NCBI GenBank assembly: GCA_964644445.1
Contig: CAZXVF010000001.1
Span: 40,493 to 104,492, forward strand
Reading direction: 5' to 3'
Length of the DNA: 64,000 nt
DNA from: an uncultured Ruminococcus sp.
GTDB taxonomy: Bacteria; Bacillota; Clostridia; Oscillospirales; CAG-272
How positions within the stretch are numbered: position 1 is the stretch's first letter; the number at the start of each line of letters is the position of its first letter. Below the pieces are notes generated by a model. It saw only the letters and a list, made by a program, of their open reading frames with translations. It was not told where the DNA came from and did not search any database. Shown here in pieces: positions 47,493 to 56,576 of this stretch. The position numbers were made by a program, and so were the translations under genes.

Positions 47493-49709
47493 ATGAGTAT
47501 TGATAGCTCAAAGCATAATGAGCAATTGAAGGGAAGAATCGAAAACGTCGTATATCGCAATGAATCGAATGACTACACCGTCCTGGAGATTTCCGATGAA
47601 AACGAATTGCTGATTACCGCGGTAGGAGCTATGCCGATGGCATTCGAAGGAGAAGACGTTATCCTCAACGGTCATTGGACGTATCACAAGGATTTCGGAA
47701 AGCAATTCGTATTTTCCTCATTCGAGAAAACGCTGCCAAAGGAAGTGGATGGAATTTTACAGTATCTGTCCTCAAGAACCGTAAAAGGCATAGGGCCGGT
47801 CACGGCACTTAAAATAGTAAACCGTTACGGTATCGATACGTTTGATGTAATCGAAAACCATCCGGAATGGCTTGTCGACGTACCGGGAATAACTATGAAA
47901 AAAGCCGCAGAAATATCAAATTCGTTCAGAGAACAAACGGAATTTCGCGGCGTTATGATGCTTTGCAGTGATTTTGTAAGCAATGCAGAGGTAACGAGGA
48001 TATATAAAAAACTCGGCGGTGGTGCAGTAGGTGTAATACGGGAGAATCCGTATATTTTGTGCGATTCCGAGCTAGGCATTCCGTTTGATAAGGCAGATGA
48101 GATGGCGAGAAGCCTTGGAGTACCGCTTGATTCCGATAATCGCATTTTGAGTGGTATTAATCACGTCCTGAGCTATAATTCTACAGTGAACGGTCATACC
48201 TGTCTCCCAACGGAAAAGCTCGTCGATGCGACAGCAGAATTGCTGGAACTCGATAAGGAAAAAATATCCGAATCGATAGACGTATTCCTTCACAATGGCG
48301 AGCTTGGGCGTTATCGTATGGGAAATAAAGAATATTTGATGACTGCCAGAACCTCGGAAGCTGAAGATTTCGTTGCAAAATCGCTTTACCGACTTTCCGA
48401 GGGAATAGTAAAATACGGTGCGGGCGATATAGCCTCCTTGATTAATCAGGTCGAAGATAAGCTTTCGATAACGTTTGCACCCCAGCAGAAGAAGGCGTTG
48501 TATTTATCCTTGGATAGCGGAGTAATGGTATTGACCGGAGGCCCGGGAACGGGAAAAACTACCGTTATTAAAGCGCTGATTTCGATTTTCAATAACGTGG
48601 GATTAAAGGTCGTTCTGTCGGCGCCGACCGGCAGAGCCGCAAAAAGAATGAGCGAGGCGACGGGGCACGAGGCCAAAACGGTTCATCGAATGTTGGAGAT
48701 GGACAGAGGCATCGGGGGAGAGAATAAATTCTTCCGTAACGCAAAAAATCCATTGGACGAAAACGTTATAATCATCGACGAGGCATCAATGCTTGATCTT
48801 TTCCTGACCGAAGCTCTGATGCGCGCAATAAGAAGGGGTTCAAGGCTTATCCTAATAGGAGATTCGGATCAGCTTCCCAGCGTCGGAGCGGGTAATGTGC
48901 TTTACGATATTATAGCGTCTGAGCGAATAAGCACGGTTAAGCTTACGCATATATTCCGTCAATCGGAGAAAAGCTTAATAATTACGAATGCCCACAGAAT
49001 TAACGAAGGAAAGGCACCCGTACTCAACGTTACGGATAACGATTTCTTTTTTGTGCGTCGCGAGCGAGAGAGTGAAATACCGCAAACGATTGCAGACCTT
49101 ATAGTATCTAGGCTTCCGAAAACCTACGGTGAGCGCATAAAGGAAGGCATACAGGTCATCACACCGTCAAAAAAAGGAAGCGGTGGAGTAGAAACTCTGA
49201 ATTTAGCACTTCAGGAACGAATGAACCCCAGAAAAGAGCTCAAAAAAGAAAAGAACGCCCACGGAGTAATCTTCCGCGAGGGTGACCGCGTAATGCAGGT
49301 TACTAATAATTATGAGATCGAGTGGGAGAAAAGCGGAATCGGCGGAGTTGGCTTGTTTAACGGCGATATAGGAATAATAGTAAGGATAGATAAAAATCGC
49401 GAAATCATAAAAATAAACTTCGAGGATCGAATAGTTAATTATCCCTTTGATCAGCTTGACGATCTTGAGCTAGCGTACGCAATAACGGTACATAAAAGTC
49501 AGGGAAGCGAATATCCGGTGGTAATAATTCCGATGTATTCATGCCCTCCTATGCTTATGTCGCGAAATCTCTTGTATACCGCGGTTACCAGAGCAAGAAA
49601 AATGGTTATATTGGTAGGTCGCTCCGATATTCCGCTAAAAATGGCGCAAAATAGCAGGGAAGTACTGAGATATACCGCCTTAAGATCCAGAATTTGCGAT
49701 TATTATTAA
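47493..49709 (+). CDS. recD2: RecD2-type SF1 ATP-dependent DNA helicase (RecD/TraA family)
   Basis: 738 aa. It has Walker A LTGGPGTGKTT, Walker B IIIDEASML, a HhH N-terminal region and C-terminal AITVHKSQGSEY. Confidence 0.85.
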   Translation: MSIDSSKHNEQLKGRIENVVYRNESNDYTVLEISDENELLITAVGAMPMAFEGEDVILNGHWTYHKDFGKQFVFSSFEKTLPKEVDGILQYLSSRTVKGIGPVTALKIVNRYGIDTFDVIENHPEWLVDVPGITMKKAAEISNSFREQTEFRGVMMLCSDFVSNAEVTRIYKKLGGGAVGVIRENPYILCDSELGIPFDKADEMARSLGVPLDSDNRILSGINHVLSYNSTVNGHTCLPTEKLVDATAELLELDKEKISESIDVFLHNGELGRYRMGNKEYLMTARTSEAEDFVAKSLYRLSEGIVKYGAGDIASLINQVEDKLSITFAPQQKKALYLSLDSGVMVLTGGPGTGKTTVIKALISIFNNVGLKVVLSAPTGRAAKRMSEATGHEAKTVHRMLEMDRGIGGENKFFRNAKNPLDENVIIIDEASMLDLFLTEALMRAIRRGSRLILIGDSDQLPSVGAGNVLYDIIASERISTVKLTHIFRQSEKSLIITNAHRINEGKAPVLNVTDNDFFFVRRERESEIPQTIADLIVSRLPKTYGERIKEGIQVITPSKKGSGGVETLNLALQERMNPRKELKKEKNAHGVIFREGDRVMQVTNNYEIEWEKSGIGGVGLFNGDIGIIVRIDKNREIIKINFEDRIVNYPFDQLDDLELAYAITVHKSQGSEYPVVIIPMYSCPPMLMSRNLLYTAVTRARKMVILVGRSDIPLKMAQNSREVLRYTALRSRICDYY

Positions 49710-49727
49710 CTTTTATCTAAAATGCTC

Positions 49728-49756
49728 TTGAAATTTACAATTTCTTGTAGTATAAT
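49728..49756 (+). promoter_or_regulatory. Sigma-A promoter for the mreB-like gene
   Basis: TTGAAA (49728..49733), 17 nt, TATAAT (49751..49756). Confidence 0.55.
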
Positions 49757-49792
49757 ATTAAATGTGAAAAAATGTGAAAGGATTGCGGTGGC

Positions 49793-50821
49793 ATGGTTAC
49801 TAAAATAGGCTTGGATCTCGGTTATGCGAATATTACTATCAGCGACGTTACCACCGGTATCTATAGAGAACCGTCTATAGCCTTGGTTAACAAGGATACC
49901 CGCCGTATCATTTCCGTAGGCAATAAAGCAGTAACGGCATCAGAGGAGGCACGAGGCGACGACGGAGTGCTTTTGAGACCGTTTAAAAACGGGCTTCTCT
50001 TTGACAGACAAATAACCGAAGGAATTCTCGAAAATGCGGTTAGTGCAATTCTTCCTGCCGAGCGCGTAAGATGCGTTATCGGCGTTCCGTCCGACATTCT
50101 TCCAAAGCAGGAGCGTGAGCTCTTTAAAATGATGCACGACGCCGGAGTATCTGATTGCTATTCCGTTAATCGCGCGCTTGCCGCCTTGATAGGAGCCGGA
50201 TATTCTCCCATGATGAGCGTTATTTCCGTGAACGTAGGCGCATCATCTACCGAGATTATTATATTGAATAAAGGTCAGATCATTTATTCCGCAAGAGAAG
50301 ATATCGGCGGAGAAGATTTTGATAAGGCAGTAAGACAATACATATTAGATCAAGGTGACGTTAACATATCTCTATCGATTGCCAGAGCGATTAAGGAGCG
50401 TTTAGGTTCCGTATGGCAGGGCAGAGAATCGGAGAGCATTGAAATAGAAGGAACGCTGTCTCTTACCGGCAATAAGGTAAGAATGAACGTTACGACTGAG
50501 GATATAGTCGGAATATTCGAGAAGCCGGTTCACCGCTTGCTGATGGCAATCGCCGACGGTATTAAAAAGATTCCGCTTGATATGGTTGAGGACGTTTTTG
50601 AAAACGGCATAGTTCTCACCGGCGGCGGCTCCCTCATTTACGGTCTCGATATTATGACGGCGAAGGTTTTAGGCGTTCCGGTAACTCAACCGGATGATCC
50701 GCTGGATTCAGTGGCTAAGGGACTTTCGAGAATCAATACGTATATACCTCTTAGGATAAGATCCAATAACAAGAATATTACCGCGCAGGTTTCTAAGTAT
50801 TATGAAAGCCGTAAGGCGTGA
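49793..50821 (+). CDS. Divergent MreB/Mbl-family actin-like protein
   Basis: 342 aa and collinear with MreB. GLDLGYANI corresponds to GIDLGTANT, RPFKNGLLFD to RPMKDGVIAD, VNVGASSTEI to VDIGGGTTEV, and IVLTGGGSLIYGLD to IVLTGGGALLRGLD. Confidence 0.7.
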   Translation: MVTKIGLDLGYANITISDVTTGIYREPSIALVNKDTRRIISVGNKAVTASEEARGDDGVLLRPFKNGLLFDRQITEGILENAVSAILPAERVRCVIGVPSDILPKQERELFKMMHDAGVSDCYSVNRALAALIGAGYSPMMSVISVNVGASSTEIIILNKGQIIYSAREDIGGEDFDKAVRQYILDQGDVNISLSIARAIKERLGSVWQGRESESIEIEGTLSLTGNKVRMNVTTEDIVGIFEKPVHRLLMAIADGIKKIPLDMVEDVFENGIVLTGGGSLIYGLDIMTAKVLGVPVTQPDDPLDSVAKGLSRINTYIPLRIRSNNKNITAQVSKYYESRKA

Positions 50822-50846
50822 CGGAAATAAACGAGGAGATATAGAA

Positions 50847-50945
50847 ATGAAGAACAAAAACAGCGTAAAGATAATTGCGGGAGTAATGGCAGGACTTATG
50901 ATCGTAAGTGCGCTTGCAACGGCAATAATAATGATCTTGCAGTAA
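50847..50945 (+). CDS. Possible 32-aa single-TM peptide
   Basis: An ATG follows AGGAG plus 8 nt. The product is MKNKNSVKIIAGVMAGLMIVSALATAIIMILQ. It lies between the mreB-like stop and a strong terminator. It is short, so the call is uncertain. Confidence 0.35.
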   Translation: MKNKNSVKIIAGVMAGLMIVSALATAIIMILQ

Positions 50946-50997
50946 CGGAGCTTCTGCTGAATCCTTTGACCTGAAAATCGTATAGTCAAATAATAAA

Positions 50998-51040
50998 GAT
51001 CCATCGAGCGATAAGTAAGCGCACTCGATGGATTTTTTTA
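50998..51040 (+). terminator. Rho-independent terminator of the mreB-like transcription unit
   Basis: GATCCATCGAG ... CTCGATGGAT stem followed by TTTTTTTATTT. Confidence 0.8.
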
Positions 51041-51241
51041 TTTGAAAAGCAAGGTAAGCGTAACAAAACTCTTGTAACGTAAGCAAAGCTTCTCTGTGAG
51101 TATATGAGCAAATCCGTTATGCTCATTCAATCGGCAATCTAGTAAAAATATACGATTCCGATCAATCGTTTTTTGATGTTGAAAGATGTGGACAAGCCAA
51201 CGAAAAAATAAAAGGATGTTGATAATTGATCCTGCAAAAGC

Positions 51242-51360
51242 TATACTTTTCCGTTATTTTCTCTGTTTTTCAGATAAAAATGATTAAAAATGCCCAAAAA
51301 TGTAGGACGGAAAAGTATAATTGACGTAAAAGAGACTACAACGGAAAAGTATATAATTGA
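51242..51360. repeat. Three copies of a 13-nt motif ACGGAAAAGTATA (one inverted, two direct)
   Basis: TATACTTTTCCGT lies at 51242..51254 (inverted). ACGGAAAAGTATAATTGA lies at 51307..51324. ACGGAAAAGTATATAATTGA lies at 51341..51360. All sit in the 545-bp noncoding region downstream of ftsZ. Confidence 0.7.
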
Positions 51361-51433
51361 ATTTTCGAGCCGAAATAATCATCTTATTTATTTCACCCAA
51401 GTATTTACAAAAGAGCCAGCCTTATTAATAAAG

Positions 51434-51477
51434 AAAAACGGTACCTATTTGATGCTGGATTGCTAGATACCGTTTTA
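51434..51477. terminator. Bidirectional hairpin terminator downstream of ftsZ
   Basis: ACGGTACCTA (51438..51447) pairs with TAGATACCGT (51464..51473) at 9 of 10 positions. It is preceded by AAAAA and followed by TTTT. Confidence 0.55.
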
Positions 51478-51585
51478 TATATAATTTCGTAATGTAAACG
51501 ACTTGGACGAAAATCGAAACTCCGTGTTCACGCACTAACGTACAGGTGACGTTGACTCGAATTTTCGTAGTGTGGGTGCTGAAAA

Positions 51586-52827
51586 TTACTTAAGCTTTTT
51601 CGCCTTTACGAATGTTGACCAAATATCCTCGTAGCTTGTGTCGTAGTCCTTAGCAACGTTAGACGTCTTTACCTCGGTCTTTGGCTGTTCCTGAACCTTA
51701 GCGGGAGCAGGCTCGTCCACGGGGAAGCTCTTAATAATTTCTTCTATGTCGCTGGTGCTTACTGCAGGAGTAACGGGCTCTTCGACTACGGGAGCGGGAG
51801 CAACGTAAGTGGGAGCGGGTCTGCTTACCGTGTGTGTGGTAACCGTAGAAACACTCTCTTGCTCGTCCTCGGGCTTAATAAATCCTGTTGCGATAATGGT
51901 TATGCGCATCTCGTCGACAAGGTTGGAATCGAATGTTGCGCCCCAAATGATGTTAGCATCGGGATGTGCTTCGGCGTGAATCATATGTGATGCCGTATCG
52001 ATCTCGTCGAGCTGGATATCTTCGGAAGCGGTAATGCTGATAAGTACGCCTGTTGCACCTGCAATGCTTGTCTCGAGAAGAGGAGAGGATATTGCTGTCA
52101 TAGCGGCAAGCTGTGCCTTATCTGCGCCCTTAGCCGAGCCTACGCCCATGTGTGCATATCCGGCATTCTTCATGATAGAAGTAACGTCGGCAAAGTCAAG
52201 GTTTATGAATCCGGGAACGTTAATAAGCTCCGATACGGACTGAACACCGCGGCGAAGAACGTCATCTGCGATTTCGAATGCATTTGCAAGCGTGATATGA
52301 GTATCCTCAACCTGCTTAAGTCTTTCGTTAGGAATGACGATAAGAGAGTCTACGTGCTTAGAAAGCTCTGCAATACCTGCCTCGGCCTGTGCGTATCTTC
52401 TTTTTCCTTCGAAGGAGAAGGGCTTGGTAACGATACCGACAGTCAGGATTCCCATTTCCTTTGCTGCTTTTGCGATAACGGGTGCCGCACCTGTTCCGGT
52501 TCCGCCGCCCATACCTGCGGTAATGAATACCATATCCGTACCCTTAAGGGTTTCCTTAACGGCGTCGATGGATTCCTCGGCACTGCGCTTTCCGACGTCC
52601 GGATCTGCACCTGCGCCCTTGCCTCTGGTGATCTTATCACCGATAACGAGCTTCTTAGCTGCGCAAGATGTGTCAAGCGCCATGCTGTCCGTGTTTACGG
52701 CAATAAATTCCACTCCGCGTATATTGGTGGATATCATACGGTTGACTGCGTTATTTCCGCCGCCGCCTACGCCTATTACCTTTATTTTAACACCGCTGTC
52801 ATGTATCTGTTCGAAATCAAATTCCAT
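51586..52827 (-). CDS. ftsZ: Cell division GTPase FtsZ
   Basis: 413 aa. It has [13 protein letters not shown] and the tubulin signature [14 protein letters not shown] Pro/Val-rich linker precedes a C-terminal peptide ...[15 protein letters not shown]. Confidence 0.95.
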   Translation of the reverse strand: MEFDFEQIHDSGVKIKVIGVGGGGNNAVNRMISTNIRGVEFIAVNTDSMALDTSCAAKKLVIGDKITRGKGAGADPDVGKRSAEESIDAVKETLKGTDMVFITAGMGGGTGTGAAPVIAKAAKEMGILTVGIVTKPFSFEGKRRYAQAEAGIAELSKHVDSLIVIPNERLKQVEDTHITLANAFEIADDVLRRGVQSVSELINVPGFINLDFADVTSIMKNAGYAHMGVGSAKGADKAQLAAMTAISSPLLETSIAGATGVLISITASEDIQLDEIDTASHMIHAEAHPDANIIWGATFDSNLVDEMRITIIATGFIKPEDEQESVSTVTTHTVSRPAPTYVAPAPVVEEPVTPAVSTSDIEEIIKSFPVDEPAPAKVQEQPKTEVKTSNVAKDYDTSYEDIWSTFVKAKKLK

Positions 52828-53170
52828 TTTAAAATCCTCCGTATAAATTTGTTGGGGCTAATATATTCAAAGTGCATAAAGCTCTATGCACCCACTTTCA
52901 GTGATTTACGCTCTTTATTATACATTATTTTAAAAATATTTTCAACCCTTTTGCCGACATTTTATAAAGTTTACAAAATACGCCAAAAACAAAGATTAAA
53001 TCTGCGGCAGAAGTGTAAAATCCTGTGATATTTTGAAGAATTTTATTCATAAAACGTCGATAAAAATCTAAAAATGAAAAAAACGGTGCTTTTTGTATCA
53101 AAATCGATGGTAAAATCAACCATTTTGTTTACAAAATACACCGCTTTACATTGATAAAAGTCGGGCAGAA

Positions 53171-54262
53171 CTATAAACTCCTGTTAAGTAAGATCGTGCA
53201 TATTTTTTCGGTTGCGTCAGTAATAATCGTTTCCGATATGCGACGTGAAAGCTTTTGCCTTTTTTCCTTACTTTTCTCTAATTCCGAAAGCTCGGCAATA
53301 ATCTTTTCTGCGTTCAGTGCCTCTTCATCTATAACGATTGCCGCTGATTTTTCTTTCAGGCGTTCGGCGTTTTTTCTCTGGTGATCATCGGCTACGTTCG
53401 GCGATGGGATCAATATTGCCGCACATCCGCTTGCCGCCGCTTCCGTGAGTGTGAGCGCACCGGCTCTGCAAACCGCTATATCTGCGGCACGAAGCTTATC
53501 GGGCATATCATCTATATAGGGAACTACCATACATCCGAATGCGCCCCCGTTAAATTTTTCAGCTTGATTTTCAAGCTCGTTGAAATAAGATCTTCCGGTG
53601 GCGTGAATATGCTTTATCGATGCTGATTTTGCACTGTGCTGTTTCATAACCTCGAGCATTATTTCGTTGATCTTTTTTGCACCCCCGCTTCCTCCGAATG
53701 AGACTATCAGAATGTCGCTGTCGTTTAATTTCATTTTTCTGCGTGCCGCCGCTTTTGAAATATTAAAGCCGTCGAGGAGCGGCGTACCTACGACGAGTGA
53801 CTTTTTATTCTTCGGGAGATATTTAATCGTCTCTTCACAGCTGAGAAGCACGAAAGCTCCTAATTTGGACATTATTTTCGTTACCAACCCGGGGATGACG
53901 TTGGATTCGTGAATAAAAACCGGAATTCCAAGCAGTATTCCCGATAAGGCAGGTGCAAAGCTGACGTACCCACCGGTGCCGAAGATGACGTCGGGCTTAT
54001 ATTTTTTAATAAAAGCAATGGCCTTTCTCACGGATTTTAGTGTAACGGTACAAAATGATATAGGTTCGCGTCGACTGAATCCCTTCGTCGGGAATGTCGT
54101 CACTTCAAAGCCGTGCTTTTTAACCGATTCATTTTCAATCCCGCCCTCTCGCATCATAAATACTATTTCGGCATCCGTGTCTTTTTTTCTTATTGCTTCG
54201 GCAACGGCGATTGCAGGATTTGTATGGCCGAGTGTACCGCCGCCCGTAAATACGTATTTAAT
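53171..54262 (-). CDS. murG: UDP-N-acetylglucosamine--N-acetylmuramyl-(pentapeptide) pyrophosphoryl-undecaprenol N-acetylglucosamine transferase MurG, with an inferred ATT start
   Basis: The track ORF starts at ATG 54157 (MMREGG...). The same frame stays open 35 codons further upstream and encodes IKYVFTGGGTLGHTNPAIAVAEAIRKKDTDAEIVF, which contains the essential MurG N-terminal G-loop. The first codon after the in-frame TAA is ATT (54262..54260), preceded by GGAGG (54275..54271) with an 8-nt spacer. No ATG, GTG or TTG is available upstream of the G-loop. Confidence 0.8.
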   Translation of the reverse strand: MKYVFTGGGTLGHTNPAIAVAEAIRKKDTDAEIVFMMREGGIENESVKKHGFEVTTFPTKGFSRREPISFCTVTLKSVRKAIAFIKKYKPDVIFGTGGYVSFAPALSGILLGIPVFIHESNVIPGLVTKIMSKLGAFVLLSCEETIKYLPKNKKSLVVGTPLLDGFNISKAAARRKMKLNDSDILIVSFGGSGGAKKINEIMLEVMKQHSAKSASIKHIHATGRSYFNELENQAEKFNGGAFGCMVVPYIDDMPDKLRAADIAVCRAGALTLTEAAASGCAAILIPSPNVADDHQRKNAERLKEKSAAIVIDEEALNAEKIIAELSELEKSKEKRQKLSRRISETIITDATEKICTILLNRSL

Positions 54263-55390
54263 TTAATCGTCCTCCTTTTTTGATATTGATAGCATTATTC
54301 CCATTTCAAAGAAAATCATTACCAAAGAAGAGCCTCCGTAACTGAAAAAGGGCAAGGATATTCCGGTATTGGGGATAGTATTTGTTACGACCGCTATGTT
54401 TAAGAGAACTTGGATTGCCATTTTTATCATAATTCCCGCCGCAACCAGCCTTGAATAAGTATTACGCTGTTCGGTTGCGATTTTGCATCCTCGATATATT
54501 AAAAGAGCAAAAAGCAGTAAGGCCGCAAAGGCACCTACGAGACCTAACTCTTCACACAGTATCGCGAAAATCATATCGTTTGCCGGCTCTGAGACGTATG
54601 AATGCTTTAAAACGCTTTTTCCGAGCCCGAGTCCGAATAAGCCTCCTGATCCTATAGCCATAAGCCCTTGTAGAGTTTGCCATCCGCCCGTAAGCTTATA
54701 TTTTTCGGGATCCTGCCATACCGTTATGCGCTCTTTGGTATAGTCGGTAAAAAGTGCGAGAAAGGTAACCCCGATAATTGCCAACAAAAGGAAAGCGTAT
54801 ATGTACTTCGGATTCACCCCTGCAATAAAAATCATACATATCCCTATGCATCCCAGTATTATTATACACGACAGATGCTTTTGCAGCATAACCAAAATGA
54901 TGGGTATAAGCATGATAATACACGGGACGAGAGTTCCCCATAAGAACGTATTTTTATTGCTCTTTAAGTCACAGGCCTGCGCAGCTCTCTCGTCAAAATA
55001 CCGGCTCATCATAAGTATTATAGTCAATTTTGCAATTTCCGACGGCTGTATGGTAAGCGGACCTATCGATATCCATCTTTTTGCTCCGTTGCCCACAAAT
55101 CCTATTATCAATACGAGTAACAGTAATACGATCGTTGCGGCGTAGGCGTGCGGAGTGTATTTCTTATAAGTGCTTATTTTTATGTTGGACGAAATCAGCA
55201 TTACTGCCAATCCGAGCAAAATCCATATTGCTTGCTTTTTCACGAAATACAATGAGTCGTCATATCTTTTTTCGGCGTATGCCGTTCCCGCGCTGAACAC
55301 CATCACCGTGCCGAACATCGCTAACGCGACGACTATTAATAAAAATACTATATCGTGCTTAAATTTTTGCTTTTTAGTTGTTTTTATCAT
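54263..55390 (-). CDS. ftsW: SEDS-family peptidoglycan glycosyltransferase FtsW/SpoVE
   Basis: 375 aa with about 10 TM helices. It has RWISIGPLTIQPSEIAK and PNTGISLPFFSYGGSS. Confidence 0.85.
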   Translation of the reverse strand: MIKTTKKQKFKHDIVFLLIVVALAMFGTVMVFSAGTAYAEKRYDDSLYFVKKQAIWILLGLAVMLISSNIKISTYKKYTPHAYAATIVLLLLVLIIGFVGNGAKRWISIGPLTIQPSEIAKLTIILMMSRYFDERAAQACDLKSNKNTFLWGTLVPCIIMLIPIILVMLQKHLSCIIILGCIGICMIFIAGVNPKYIYAFLLLAIIGVTFLALFTDYTKERITVWQDPEKYKLTGGWQTLQGLMAIGSGGLFGLGLGKSVLKHSYVSEPANDMIFAILCEELGLVGAFAALLLFALLIYRGCKIATEQRNTYSRLVAAGIMIKMAIQVLLNIAVVTNTIPNTGISLPFFSYGGSSLVMIFFEMGIMLSISKKEDD

Positions 55391-55560
55391 ATATTCATCT
55401 TGCTGTTATGTGCACACTTTTTGTACTTAATTTCATATAAATAATGTTGATTGTAATGAACGCATGTTACAAATTTTATTTGAATTCTAATGTTGTGTAA
55501 GTTGTTTAGAATATAATATATTTCAGAGCCTTATTATGAACTAGTTTATTCGGGCATTTT

Positions 55561-56565
55561 TCAAATAGGTAATAGTGAGTATCCCAGTAGGGCGCACACG
55601 CACGAAACGAGGATTGCTATTACGCATATAGTTCCCTCGTCGAGTCCGCTTTTTTCAAAATGATGATGTATAGGCGCCATTTTGAAAATCCTTTTTCTTG
55701 TAAGCTTGTAACACGCGACCTGCATTATTACCGATATCCCTTCGATAACGTATAGTCCCGATGTGACTACCGTTGTCGGAAGTGCCACCATATCAAATCC
55801 TATGGCGACCACTAAAGCTCCCAAGAAAAGAGAGCCGGTATCTCCCATAAATATTCGCGCCGGGTGTATATTTTGCGTTAGAAAACCAAGCACGGCACCC
55901 GCCGCGATAATCGATAATAGGGTGGAAGCGTTTCCGCTTGTTAATGAAAAGCAAAACATAGCTATTAGGATAACAAAAGCCGTTGAACCGCCCAATCCGT
56001 CAAGGCCGTCCGTGAGATTAGCGCAATTAATAATGCCAAGTATCAGTATAAATGCCAGCGGATAATACATCACGCCTAAGTTAACGGTATGTGTCCCTAG
56101 ATTTATGCTTTTGTTATCGTCAAATAAAAAACTCCGTCCTGCTAAGAACAAAACCGCAAACAAAGATTGTAGTATTATTTTTTGCTTAGGAGAAAGACCG
56201 GCGTTTTTGTGATGCTTCAATTTCGTTACATCATCAATAATTCCTATTAACGCATTACATAAAGCAAATGCGATAGAAAACGGTATTGAAATTCGAGAAA
56301 TATCGTTCTTTTGAAAAAGCAGAGTTGCACTAATTAAAGAAGTGGCCGTAGTGGCAAAAATAAAGGCTATCCCTCCCATAGTAGGAGTTCCGTATTTGAC
56401 CGAATGCCATGTTGGGCCTTCTTCGTATATAGGCTGCTTAGCACTTTTACTAAGTATCGGTATTAGAACTTTTATAATTGTATAACTCAATATGAAGGAC
56501 AACCAAAAAAGTATGATTGAACAATTGTATTTGATCATTTTTGCATTCCTATCCTTAATCGGCAA
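55561..56565 (-). CDS. mraY: Phospho-N-acetylmuramoyl-pentapeptide transferase
   Basis: 334 aa. It has KYGTPTMGG, NLTDGLDGL, MGDTGSL and APIHHHFE. Confidence 0.9.
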   Translation of the reverse strand: MPIKDRNAKMIKYNCSIILFWLSFILSYTIIKVLIPILSKSAKQPIYEEGPTWHSVKYGTPTMGGIAFIFATTATSLISATLLFQKNDISRISIPFSIAFALCNALIGIIDDVTKLKHHKNAGLSPKQKIILQSLFAVLFLAGRSFLFDDNKSINLGTHTVNLGVMYYPLAFILILGIINCANLTDGLDGLGGSTAFVILIAMFCFSLTSGNASTLLSIIAAGAVLGFLTQNIHPARIFMGDTGSLFLGALVVAIGFDMVALPTTVVTSGLYVIEGISVIMQVACYKLTRKRIFKMAPIHHHFEKSGLDEGTICVIAILVSCVCALLGYSLLPI

Positions 56566-56576
56566 ACGTGCCGATT

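Noticed and set aside
52150-53028. 292-aa + strand ORF (and 52334..52846, 170 aa)
   Set aside because: They are antisense to ftsZ, which is unambiguous. Their Cys/Leu-rich shadow-frame sequence matches no family.
52925-53119. 64-aa minus-strand ORF in the murG-ftsZ spacer, considered as a small divisome protein replacing FtsA/FtsQ
   Set aside because: It starts at TTG with no Shine-Dalgarno sequence. It is extremely AT-rich and Phe/Ile/Lys-biased, as expected from random AT-rich DNA.
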